Position numbers and translations under genes: made by a program. DNA of 64,000 nt. Origin: Convolutriloba macropyga (taxonomy: Eukaryota). Of this stretch, positions 47,801 through 60,729 are shown one piece after another. The notes below the pieces were generated by a model. The model ran no database searches and was not told the DNA's origin. It was given only the letters and a program-made list of their open reading frames with translations. The stretch's first letter is position 1; each line of letters begins with the position of its first letter. The stretch spans positions 11,966,001 through 12,030,000 of the forward strand of contig NC_134476.1 of assembly GCF_964194025.1 (NCBI RefSeq), written 5' to 3'.

Positions 47801-49483
47801 AGGTGTCTGGACCGAAGGCATTGAAGTACATGGCCGTGCAAGGGGTTCCCGGGTACGATAGTGTCTCAGAAGGTGGGTTACCCGAAGTCGGACAGGCGTC
47901 CACCATCATTGGGAAATCGGGAGCATCCAACCACGAATTCAAATCGTTCGTATCCAGCAAGTTGCCTGAACACAACAGAACTCACAAAAAATACCCACTT
48001 TCGTTTTCAAAAGTAATTTGTGTTTTAGTCTGTACCGGAACCCCCTACTCCCGAGTCACCAAATTACTATCTTGATCTATGAATCAGATCTCTGGTAAAT
48101 CTCCTGTGAAAATTACTTTGCTATTCAATCAAATCTTGAGACAAACATTTTTCTATTTGAGTAAAAACCGCTTCCATTCCACCCGCGAAAGAGTCTTAAC
48201 TCAACATAAAACAGCTGGACAAAATTAAAAACAAAAAATACGCACAACAGACTCACTGATACGTAATAAAAACTAATTTTTCCATAATTAGTAACATTGC
48301 GTTTGCCTAAATTGAGTTTGATACTAAAATCTTCTTTGAAATGCAACGTTTTTCTAAACGTTAGGTAATTTTCATGTCTTCCCTTACATACTTATTAGGC
48401 AATGAAAAAATGCTTTCAAAATCGGATACCGATATTTTTATTCAAATTTTGAGAAACCAACCAGTTTGTTTGAACCAGAATTTTACTTGCAAACACATTG
48501 TGCTAATCATTACGCAACTGGAGATAAGCTAACGAACGTGGGTATCTCTTGTAACTTTTTCTTGTTATTTTTCTCGTTTCTCAGGGCTTCATCTCTCTGA
48601 TCGCGTTTGCATTGCATTATCAGTCACATAGCAAAGACATCAGACACATACTATTAACGGATTCTGAACATTTTATATCAATCCTAGCTAATCTTTTTAC
48701 TCGTCTTTGATATTTTAATCAAATTTGGCAGCAACATTTTACCTCCTGCGCAGGTAGTCTGTATAAAACAGTTAATAGTCTTACGACGGCTCATTTTTTC
48801 CGAGCGATCACATCAGTAAATCTGTTTCGTTAATATCCTTAGTGTAAATTAAGATTACATTTTTAAACTTAATCAGTTAAAGATGTTAGAAATGTTAGTT
48901 AAAAATGGCAATTTTGGGCAAGCGTTGCCGAAAAACTTTCTTCCGCTACGCTTTTTAACAAAAGTACTACTGTCCACCTTTACAGAAAGCAAGAATAATG
49001 GCCAAAAATGGTTTTTTAACTTGCAAAAAATCTCTTCTGATACGGTTTTAGCAAAAGACATACCTGTTTTCCGACAAAAAAAACGGATCAAGTATTTCCA
49101 TTATAGTTGTTTACAGGTGGCAATCACAATTTGCTCAAGAGTTTCTAAGAAGCTATACTGTTTTCATCAGCAATTTATTGTTCAAATCGCTGATATCCTC
49201 TATCATTAAATTATTTTTAGTAGAAATTTTTGTCAGTCAGTGTCGGCAAGAAATTCAAGATTCCTGAATGATAACTTTTTGAGATCTAGGATGTCAGATT
49301 TTTTCTCGCCAGATTTTACTTACTGAAAGCATCATTGAAAATAGCCGACGCTGCTGTGCCATTGCTGCACGTGATGCAATCGTAGCAAGCTGAGGGGGTG
49401 CTCCCAGCCTGGACAGATCCAGCGCTCAGAACCAACAAAACTGGCGCCCACTGCAGAAGACTCCTCGCTGAAAATGTTCTCAT
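44232..49483 (-). CDS. Gene A: paralog of gene B, 351 aa predicted GPI-anchored Ly6/uPAR-like protein. Exons 49483-49324, 47965-47690, 44851-44232
   Basis: Phase-1 junctions: TTCA|GTAAGT at 49324; GTGTTCAG|GC at 47965; TTGG|GTATGT at 47690; CCTTCAG|TG at 44851. Exon lengths 160+276+620=1056 nt. Signal peptide MRTFSARSLLQWAPVLLVLSAGSVQA, CYDCITC, PGTPC, LCSDSNNCN, SKRSRR, C-terminal TLAVLVLYLFVARQFN. Confidence 0.85.
45842..46268 (+). repeat. Dispersed repeat (AAACATAACCG..GAGAGCAATTAA family) with a ~200-bp internal insertion
   Basis: Colinear with 62868..63090 apart from 45922..46127; partial copies near 57070..57200, 58318..58440, 61088, 62337. Confidence 0.75.
47690..47965 (-). CDS. Gene A exon 2
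   Basis: TTCAG acceptor, GTATGT donor, homology to gene B exon 2. Confidence 0.85.
49324..49483 (-). CDS. Gene A exon 1
   Basis: ATG at 49483, signal peptide, CYDCITC, canonical GTAAGT donor. Confidence 0.8.
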
Positions 49484-51287
49484 TTTTTGCCCCCTCTCCC
49501 TTTGAGAGGGTTCTGCTATGGTTACTATTTTGACCATAGATTTAGATCTGATTTTGTCGAACTAAAAGCTACTTAAGCTTCTCTTAAATTATGTAAAAAT
49601 GATTAAATGCGTATTTTTGGCTATGATGGCTCATTATTTAATCAGAACCGGAAGTACTTTCCATTATTGCTAAGCGATGACCATTCAAGCACGTTTTCAA
49701 TTCTTTTCACGTGTCGCGTAAGATACATATACTTTGAACAATTTGTAACATAACCACAACATTGTCATATGTTTCCAAAAGCAATCTCTAAACATATTTT
49801 TCCTGACATTTTACCAGTTTCTTTAATAATTTAGACGATTTTTATGACACCCATTAAACACAAACTCGAAAATACTAATTTTCTTCATTTCAACTGGAAT
49901 TTTCTCAATTCACTTACTTTTGAGTGCTATAAACGTTACATTGGTAGTTTTGATTACTTTGCGTGCAATAATTTTTCCATTCCAATATCTCCAAAAACTG
50001 GAAAAATTGAACTTTGGATAACTGTAGCAAATCCAGCGTATAAATATTTCAAAGAGACCAGAAATTCTGTGCTCATTATTAATTAACAGAATTGGTAACA
50101 ACAACACAGAGATGGTTGCTTTGCCAAAATTATGGATAGTTTGTTCACCTGCCTTTTGTGATGGGAGAATCATTTCACTCTCATAGAAACAAAACTCCAA
50201 AGCAAACAAAAACAAATTCAGACTGTGTAAGAGTGTATTGCGAATCTTTCAGAATTCTCTACAATTAGTCTAATTCATAATTTATCAACTTCATCGTTAT
50301 CATCAACAATAACAACAGCAAAATAGCATTAATGTGAAAACCTCTGGAGAAAAATATTGGATAAGGCATGAGCAAAAATATGCAAATTCTTAAGTTTTCA
50401 AGTTGCTCAGCAACATTTTAACGAAATATCACTCAAAAAAATTTTTTTAATTGCTCCTAAAAAGGAAATTGCTTTGCAATGAGAAGTAACAATAATAATG
50501 GTAATTATAATCACCATTTGGTTCATTAGGTCCCGAGGTAGACTCGAACACTTAATTTATGGCGAATAATATATTCGGTTTGCACCTGAAAATTACATAT
50601 AATTTTACCCAAAGTCAAAATTCGCAATCTGCAAAAATACCCAAAGTAAAACGCAGAGTACTGAATACCCAATTATTATAAAATTATAGCTGGAGTCCGA
50701 CAAATTTAAAATCATTGTATAATTTTTGTGGTAGTATAACAAATTTGGTTCTTGAAACTTTGAGTAGCTTGCCATTGGATAAATTAATCCGACATCGTCC
50801 CAAAGCGAACCCCAAAGGAGCAATTAATATTTCAGCAATTAATATTAAGTATTGCCCCAACTGTTTAGTAGTAATTTTGATGACAGTCTTTCTGCTAAGT
50901 GGGAGAGAGTTAATTTACATCAACAAAAGAAGGAATTGCAATAAATAAATCTGTGTAATGGAAAATAGTTTGGGAACTAACTGCACACACTTTAGTAATG
51001 AATTAGTTAACTGGTTATTCTTCAAAGTTCTAAAAATTTATTTATTAACTAGATGGACAACAGCCCTACAATCTTTGTGTTGAGATCGCATTGATTTGCT
51101 AATTAATAGGCCAAAAAAAACAGACAGAAAGAGGACTCGTTTCTGTAACATGACAGCTTTTTTCTGACAAAGTCTGCACCGATTTTTCTTTGGATGCATA
51201 AATTCAAAAGCAGCGCTTTGAGTAGCTTACAAAGCCCCAGCTTAGTTGCCCAGCTGGCGTATAACTTATAGCCCCCTACTCCTACCC

Positions 51288-51318
<31 letters not shown>

Positions 51319-51814
51319 CTTCAAACTACTCCCTATACCTTAAAACACACCCCCAGATTTTTAAAATACCATAATGAGGGCTATTATTTCGTGGTCGGAT
51401 GAGATTCTATGAGATTGAAGATGGTTTACATGGCTTAATAAGAGAGGCGACTTTTCATGGTAACCTTTCTAATATATCTATGCAACGATCAATCAGGTAC
51501 AAACAATCAGTTTTAGCTGGTCATAGTCAACCGTGGGGAGACCGAAACAGTTTCAAACGCCGTAACTAATTTGCTCCAAACTCTTCCGATGTTAAACTAG
51601 GGTTTTGAATAGGGTGCTCTCGTTGGTGAAATTTTTTTGACAGTTTCGCAAATCGACAGCACAGTAGTAGCAGTGGCAGTTAACAATTTGGGTTTTCCAC
51701 TGGTTTATGCAACCCTTGTTCCGTCGAGTTGTTAGGATTTCTTCCAGTTGTTTTAGCTCCAATTGTTAAAGGATATGCGACGAACACGCAATAGTCCTGA
51801 CGACATCGTTTTTT

Positions 51815-54800
51815 TTACAGATTGAGAGCTCGTTTAGTGTGCTCGTATACGACGTATGAGATAGAGACAGCTGGGATAACTTTTATGAAGTTAGGAATGA
51901 TGCCTCTGTACAGTCCTTGTAATCCTTCTGTCTTCACAATGTGCATTGCCAACTGACGCATGCTCGGCTGACGTTTTTGCGATGCCGCTAAAACACGAAA
52001 GAAGCAAAAATTTGAAAAACTTAAGATTCTCGCTTTTCATACGAAATTCTGGCAGAATGATTATTATTATAAAACTGGCTTTTAAACAATGGTAAAAAAC
52101 AGAAAAACAACAATGGTGTTCATTTTCTGTTCTTCATTTTCAGCAGCCACGAGGCCGATTGCGCACATAGGTATGATCGAGTTAAGTCTAACAGAAACAA
52201 AATTTGCAGAAAAATGCAAAATAACTTCTGACATAATTTGCTTTGAAGCAAGAGAAAACTGAAGCAAATCTGTCCACGTTCAATTGGATACAATTTCACT
52301 GGACTTACTCTGGTCTTGCATCTTAGTTCTGAGAAGAGCGAAAGGGTAGCTTGCCAATTGACCACAGGACGAGGACACGGCTCCACAGAATAGAAGTACA
52401 CAGACTCCAGGGTTGGTATTGCTGTTATTGCTACTGGATTCCTGCTCTGGTTTAGTAGCGGAGGCGTTGTGAGAGAGGTAGCGGTATTTAAGCGTCTGCA
52501 ACAAATTGGAGATCAGTAATTTAGAAAACACTTCTTATTTAGGAGCACGCACAGATGTTTGAAATCTCTACGCAGATGCCGGTTTGAAATCTCTACGCAA
52601 CTTTATTTTAAGTCCAATTTAAAACAGCTGGCAGATAGCCGCAAAAAATCGAACGTTGTAACTTCACCCGCGTTCGGATTGAGTAAATAATGATAAAAAA
52701 TAGACAACCTCATTTTTTGTAAGTGTCCCACTGTCCCACAGTGTTGCAATAATGGGCCGTAGTTTAATTAGTTTCGCTAAAAATGGTAAACTCTGCTTCT
52801 ATGTTTGACGAAAATAAGCTTCATACTAATACCAGTTAGTGGTATACCCCAAGGAACTTTGATGACTTGATACACTCAGTCTTTATATTTTGTCTGCGTA
52901 TATTAGTCTCCGTATAATATATGTATCTGTTTATTCCATTTGATAATGTATCACTTTTTGACCTACCACACATTTGCGCAAACTTGCTGATGGCATACTA
53001 AATTCCCCTCAGTTGAAACAGCGAGTGGGGTAAGTAAGAAGTCAAACATGAAACTAGCGACTATAACTCAGTCAAGCGATCACACTTATTAAAAGCAACT
53101 TATGAATTTATTCCAGGAATTGCCGCCTTCACCAATTTTTGCTACTCCCAGCACACACCACTCTTTTAAAACAATGCAATCATTCAAAGTGAATCGGGTG
53201 TTCAGCAGGGTGATCCGGTGGGACCGTTATTGTTCTCCTTGACGTTACGGCCGATCATACAGAAGATCAAGACTTCAGTTCCGGATTTGGTACAGCACAC
53301 TTGGTACTTAGATGATGGGTTTATTGCTGGTTCTGAAGATCAGATCAAACAAACGCTTGAAATCCTAGCCAATGAAGGCCCCGAGAGAGGCCTAATCTTG
53401 AGAAAAGACAAATGTGAGCTGTGGTCAATTAAAGATTTACCCTCCATTGATCAGGCAGTAAAAAGGAATTTGGGAAACGGCTTTGAAATTCTGGGTGCTG
53501 CAGTTGGTTCAAAAGAGTTTGTCGCTTCTTGTTTGAAGAGGAGAGTTCAAAAAATTTTATCTATGCTGGATAATTTACATCACCTCAACGATCCTCAATG
53601 TGCATTGGGTATCCTTCGCTACTGTTTGGGAACTCCGAAACTAGTATACTCATTACGAACTAACACTCCATCAAACGAGATGCTCGAAGTATTGAAAAGT
53701 TTCGATGACGGCCAAAGAGAAGTGTTGGATCAAATTATTGGCTCAATTATTGATGATGACGCATGGCAACAGTCTTCCTTACCTATCAGTTTGACGGGAC
53801 TAGGCGTCAGACAGTCACAAGAGCAATACAAAAGTGTATTTGTGGGCTCAATTTTAGCCTCAGACGAGCTGGTGAACAAAATAACAAGTAGGCGTCCCTC
53901 AGAAAGTGACACTTTCAAAGAGTTACAACAGAGTCTGGAACAGTTCAATCTACTTTCGCACACGCAAAAGAAGATCCAAGAAGCACTTGATAAAGAAAAA
54001 CTTGCTGACCTAATAAGAAATCAATCGTCAACTAGGGAAAAAGCAAGACTCCAATCACTATGCCTGCCTCATTCATGAGCATGGCTTGCTGCGCCTCCAA
54101 TTCCCACTCTAGGTCTACACCTTTCGGCTAAGGAATTTCAAGTCAGTGTCAAGTACAGGCTCGGCATCGCGGTTTATGATCAAGAAAGAAAATGTCCTTA
54201 TTGTAAGTCAGGTACATTGGACACGTTTGGTGACCATGCAGTCGCCTGCCATGGAAGGGGAGATGCGATTTCAAGGCACGATAGAATTCGCGATCGCATA
54301 GCTTCTGCCTGTTCAGCAGCTAATTTGTCTCCAGTAATTGAAAAACGCAATCTCATTGCGGAAAACAACTCACGCCCAAGAGACGTCTATCTGCCTTGTT
54401 GGAAATCTGGCCAATCTGCTGCTCTAGACATAACCGTGACTTCCTCTCTGCAACCGAACATTATTTCTCATGCGGCAGAGAAGTCAGGCTATGCAATTGA
54501 AGCTGCCGAAGATCGAAAATATGCTCAGTATGAAAACAGTTGTGCTCAACAAGGAATTATGTTCGTCCCGCTGGCAATTGAAGTTTTGGGCGGTCTGTCG
54601 AGGACTCTGAAGAAGGCCTTATTGCGCATGTCGTTGTTAGCTGATAGCAGAAATTATCAGTCAGTGGGACAATCCATTGCCTTCGACAGAGCAATTCAGT
54701 CACTTTCTGTTGTCATCATACGAGGATCAGCTAGTATGCTGTTGTCGCGAGCTCGGTAGTTGAACGCAGCAATTAGTTGAACTGTCTGATAATCAGCGAC

Positions 54801-57800
54801 CCGATTGTGTGGGACGCAATGTGAAGATAACTTTTCCTAGACGCTTGTGTTGAGCTGAATCAATCTCTTGATGAATTAGAAACAAGCCCGAATTCTTATT
54901 GTACTCACCCAATGAGAGGGGAGTATTTTCGTAAGCAATGTAAATCAACAGGAGGGTACTTGAGCGCAGTTCATTAACGCGAGGAAATTAAAAAACGAGA
55001 GTTAAAAGGCTGAGGGAGAGAGGAAGAAATGTCAGAGATCGGAGATAACCTTAAGATTGGCAAAAAGAAATAATCAGCAAACATTTAAATTTTAGATCAA
55101 TATATACCAAGATTATTAGATAATGGAGACCATGCAGATTTAATTAAAAAGGAATTCCTGAAACAAAAAACTAAAGAGAAGAGCGCCTAAATAATATCTG
55201 TTTTAGTTAATGACAAATTAACTATCCAATTATTCAATAATTCAGGCTACAAAGACGTGTAAGTGTAGGTGACAAAGAAAGTGCAACGATAGGGATACTT
55301 CTCGGTAAATATGGACATAACAAGTGCAAATAATGAGGCAAAATTATAAACAAACGTTTTGACTAGAATTTTCTTGACATCAACAATATAACATCAAATA
55401 CCAGTAGATAACATAGCCGGCAAATTGTCGGAAAAAACCACCGATGACGCACATTGTGATTGAAACAAAAAACAGCTGGTCGATTGCCAGAAATTAGCCG
55501 CAATAGCTTCGTAGATCTGCAGTCTCAAAAAAACAGTAAAAAAGACAGACAAAAAAAATCGTCTTTTCATTGAAGACTGATATGTTATATTTTGATTAAA
55601 AATCTGTATAAGTTATTGCTGCCTCTATTAGCTGCTCTCAAATAACCTTCATTTAGAGGGACACACATTCACTTGACCTTTATCTCTTTGAATTAAAGTA
55701 ACGAAAAGTCAATTTCAAAGTGAGGAATTCATTTTTGAGAGTGAGGTAAGTCATATGTGGCCAAAAACTTTATTACGCAAATGAAAAAAAAATCACTCCA
55801 CTAAGAGTCAGAAATGACGTTACACACGCATTTCAGTTGAAATTGCATGAACGAATGAACAAAAAACAGATTTGAAGTGGCTGTGATGTCATATGGCCAT
55901 CACAAAAATTTTGATGAAATAAAAAAAAACTAAGAGAAAGCCAAAAATAGCCACAGCTATCGCTGTGCGGCTATTAAAAAAGAAGATAGAAATTTACTGA
56001 ATTTTTCCGTTCTTTCACTGTCAAAAAGTGTTCTAATATGGGGCGCAGTATCAGTTAGAATCCTAAACTATACTTAATTCAGCTTCTAAACCGAAACCTA
56101 TTTAGCTTAATACTAATAACAGCTAGCAATCGCTCTAATGAACTTTGATAACTTAATGCACTATGACTTAATGACAGGCTATTAATAGCACTAAAAACTC
56201 TCTTGTAGATAAATTCTCGGAGCTCCAAACATTAGTACGCCGGACGATATGCTTTCGACACGCGAGGGGTTGGCTTCGACTGTAGCTAGATATAAAGGGG
56301 AGGCTAGCCTCAGAGGATCAAGATAGAAGCTTCGCAAGGGGGCTAAGCGAGCCATAAGGGGAGGTCGACCAAACTTGCCAAAACATAACATCATTTCCTG
56401 GGCGTTCCTGAGTAAACTTTACAGAACCGTACACTTAGAGCCCAATAACTCTCCGAGAAAGCTGCTCAGTGACAATACCCGATGAAATCAATAACTTACA
56501 GTACGAAAGAACTTTTCCACAAACTGCAATCAAACGACTTTCATATCAGTTTAAAGTAATACAAAATGTGTGTTCCAGTGGAGACTTAGCTTTTCACCAC
56601 GCGATTGTCGGAACGATCAAGCTATCGTGAATACGTCTTTCGATGCCGAAACTGTCCAGTACAACTGCAGAAGTTTTATTAGACTTAAAGGTACATAAAA
56701 GACTGACGTCGGACTTTTTCCTCTCGAATGACCAGCGGAGACACTATTTCATAGTGCCTGCTTCAGCAGGAGGGCGGGATAATTGTAGCTGGCTTTAGCC
56801 GTTTGGGGCAATAACTTTACTAAGACTAAGGCTGCGATGTTATTAGAGCTTATAATAGACCTATTAGCATTTAAAATCAGAAAATGATACCGATTTCGGC
56901 GCACTTTTCAGTTGAATTTTAGCTGCAAATTATCGCCAATTGAGCTCATCTGAGAGAGTGAATTCGATATGAATGAAAGTGAAACTTAGTAGATCACTCA
57001 AAATCTCAATCACGCAAAAGTCACTCGAGAGCGATTGAAAAGGTTGATCATATTTTTCCCTTCCAAACATGTAAATTAATAACAATAAAACCGAAAGATT
57101 AAAGTTCACAAAATTGTTAAGCGAAAAATTTGCATCATAAAAAAAGACACACGTTTACAATAATTGCTATGAACTTCGTTCAAGAGCAATTAATAATCAA
57201 AATCATACATGAATATACTAATGAGCTTCTGGTTATTGATTGATATATTGGTAGTTGGTTTCATATAAATTTACCTCGTAGACCATGAGGTCAATTCCAG
57301 CGTAGGGTATGATACCAAGTGCATTTGGTATGTACCCCCTGTAGAACACCCTCAGTCCTCCTTCCCTGTACACTTTACTTGCACAGTCAACTATACTTGA
57401 ATATTCACCCGTCTTCCGTAGAACCATTTTAGTCTTCAGAACCTGTTTAAAAATTCACAATCAGATATTCAAAGAACTATCATTATAATTACTCTTCCAG
57501 AATAATCGCAAATTTCTATGGCCTTTTTGAAACTATTTCGGCATTAAAAATTACACTTCAATTACACGAAGTCTGCTAGCCTAGATGTTCAAGTCACCCC
57601 AATTTTGTTAAGAAACAAAGATTCAGTGTTGAGAAAAATCGAATAGACTAGGTAGACATCGTATAATTAATAACTGAAACAGTTGCTTGCGATTCGCGGA
57701 AAAATTTTTGGCCGGCTTGGAAAAGGGAGAGCAAAATATCCGGTCTAGGAACCCCCCACGGAAGAAAAAACAATTGATGTTAATAGTAAATCCCCCATGA

Positions 57801-60188
57801 AAATAATAAGCATTTGAGACACTGACGACTGCTATTAATAAACCCTCTGTAAACAATGAAATTCGGTCGTGATTATTTTGGTTGTGGTAGTTTCATAGAA
57901 GTTCCACGGGCCGCTAAGGCATGGACAGTGGCCACGAGGCACGGTCAAGTGATTATCATATCAAAGTTAATAGAACCAAATATCGAGGATTAAAAAAGGG
58001 GTGAAATGATAGGGGGGTAAAAAAGAAAGGGTGAAAAGTTGGTTCATCACAAATGATGCGCAGATCTTTCACAATCAAGTGCGGGGTTTAATTCCGTGTG
58101 GTTTTTTTCTGAGACCAAAATTAGGGCAATAATTTAGTACCTCTAATGGGTATATTGTGGTTTGGGCGCTGAGTCCTGCAATTGATCCAGCCACAAATCT
58201 CTGCTGAGCTGTGATGTCACTCTTGTCTCCCTTGATCAAATGCTTCATCTGCAAACACACAGAACACAATTAATATCCTGTAGATATGTAGCTCGCAACT
58301 TGCTTTCAACAATAGCCAAAACATAACCGGCCGAAATACGTCGAACAGATTCTCTTGAGCGACTAAGATTCGAGCATATTCGAGTAGGAAAATACCAAGG
58401 GGACTAAATCATTGCTACAAAATTTCTTTGAGAGCAATGAAATTATACTGAGTATTGTTCAAACAATCAACCTATAACCACCATTCTTTCGCAATTTTAC
58501 ATAAATTTCAAGTTTCCGATATACATTTTTCATCAGTTCCTTTCCTATCCAGTATGTTATGTCTGAACCCAGCACTCATTTTTATTCTGAAACTATTCTA
58601 ACATTTGGCTTTTAATAGTATGCGCAGAAGATCATATCAACAACCTGCCATTTATAGAAAGGAAACAAAGAAAGAATTAATTTCTCCTTCAACTAAAATC
58701 AAAGTAGACATTTCTAATTTCATAACAATAAACACAGAGAGTGACCCACTAGAAATTTGCCCATAATTTAAAAAGAAGCATAACCATGAACACAAACTAC
58801 TTCCAATTCTAAATGCACAGAATTGTATGGAACTTTGTTTCTAAGATTGTTCAATGCAATCTATTTACTAGCTGTATCACTTCATCTTACTATTGACCAA
58901 AAACTTTTATCACTATAAACGACAGCTGCATTACAAAACGATGAACCTTTTCATAAGTGAGGAATTTGATGGCAGACTCCGGGGCTATTTTGAGGACATT
59001 CAGTCCATTACCACGCCACAGTCCACTTAATCCGCCCTCAGACAACAACTGGCGCAGTCCTGAGAAAACTCCCAAGGGGTTTTTGGAGGAGGAATGCACC
59101 TGGAACATGAACAAGTATCATCTATAGGGTATCAAGTATCATTCTAACTCATTACATAACTAAATGAACGGGAGAGGGAAAATTTGTAAAATTTAATGTT
59201 TTAGCCTGTCATTTTGGATCGGTTCCTTTTTAAATCTGCTCTAAAAAGTATAGCGTTCATTTACCAATTTTGGTACATCCTTTGTCCAATATATCTTAAA
59301 GTTATTTAAGGTCATAAGCGTAAACGAAATGTAAGCACAAGCGTGAAAAGGTAAGAAATAAGAAACAGAAGTCCTCAAATAAGAAACAGAAGTCCTCAAA
59401 ACATCGATCGGCGAAAAAATCAGAACTAAAAAAAGCCAAAGTAGCATAAAGTTCCTAGCCCCAAATAAATCAGAGGGTTGGAGCAATAAGCTTAAAATTT
59501 CACATGAAGACGTTTGTGTGAAACGAGAATTGAATTAGGGCTTTTCTGTTATGTTGGTTAAAAATGAAAGCTGGTTTATAAAAGTTATGAGCGCAAGGCC
59601 ATTTTAAATGGTAATTTTGTGATAATTGTAGATCTATGCGATCAGCGTCGACCGGGATGTTCTGATTAGATGGACGACATCCATGTTGTCCACCAATAAT
59701 AGTCCGTTTTTTCGATCGGAACTCAATTTATCATACTTGTGGCCACGGTATGTACAAATGTTCATTCATTTCTTCCGTTTGAGACAACAAGAATATCATA
59801 ATTCATTCTTATAGTCACGTTTTTGAACAAATCAAAATTTTGCAACACTTAAAAATCAACTTTTTGCAATACTTGAAAATCAACTTTTTGCAAACCCTGA
59901 TATCAGCTATGCTTTAAAACCAAACAATCGCCATCTTTCAACATATATGGTCTATGTTGCATACAGTACATAAAGCCATCTTTAAATATCTAACATTCTT
60001 TTTTCTCCAATGACAAGGATAAAACTCACTTGTAAAAGGACTTTCAGTCTGTCTATAGGTGCTGTGCATGTCCTAGATACTGCACCAGCTGCCCCTCCAG
60101 ATATAAGAGTGTTCACCAGTCTCAAACCAGCCTTCTCCTGCTCCGGCAGCTCGTCTGGCACTCGCAAATCATCTCCAACGTCCAGATT
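51815..60188 (-). CDS. SCaMC: Calcium-binding mitochondrial carrier (ATP-Mg/Pi carrier, SLC25A23/24/25 family), 3' six exons: 60188-60030, 59099-58947, 58248-58141, 57442-57275, 52495-52309, 51987-51815. EF-hand exons not seen, probably upstream of the window
   Basis: [138 protein letters not shown]. All junctions are GT-AG and in frame. Confidence 0.95.
53065..54759 (+). mobile_element. 5'-truncated non-LTR retrotransposon with RT + CCHC zinc knuckle + restriction-like endonuclease (CRE-clade-like), antisense in a SCaMC intron, disrupted
   Basis: [78 protein letters not shown]. In-frame TGA at 54076..54078 (LPHS*AWL) joins ORFs 53218 and 54217; another stop lies near 53168. Confidence 0.9.
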
Positions 60189-60729
60189 CTGAACGGAAAA
60201 AAATCTCATCAAGTTAACTTCCCTGAACTCAATGATGACTAAAAATATAAGTTTACTAAATCGAACATAGCCGTCGCCTGAAAATAGCCGCGATAGACGC
60301 TTGTGGCCTTCCATGGAATTGAAACAACTAAAGAAATATGATAGACAGATTGACCACCAGTCCTTTAATAGACCACTAGACTTTTTGGGTTAGATTCGGA
60401 CTGTCAATTTTATGAGACACATACGCTCTATAAGGAACAAGCCGCAATAGAGCTTTTTCCAAAATAATATTTGAAATCCAAAACTCAAGACTAACACTCA
60501 AGAACTAGGGTATATAAGTTTGGCACTACTTAGATGCACAGTACTGATCTTTAACTAGTAATTTTCATAAAATTTGTGTAAGTGAGTTCAGGTCATTTTT
60601 TGAGTGAGGTAAGTCACGCAATTGACCTTAAAGCAGAATAAATGACTTCACGCACACAAATTTTAACTGCAAAGCAGTAAAGTCACTGGAATTGAAAAAG
60701 TCAGTGATCGCAAGAATAATCGATGGAGA

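Noticed and set aside
59355-59400. 21-bp direct duplication (similar ones at ~52557..52598 and ~59847..59893)
   Set aside because: Ordinary slippage duplications in introns.
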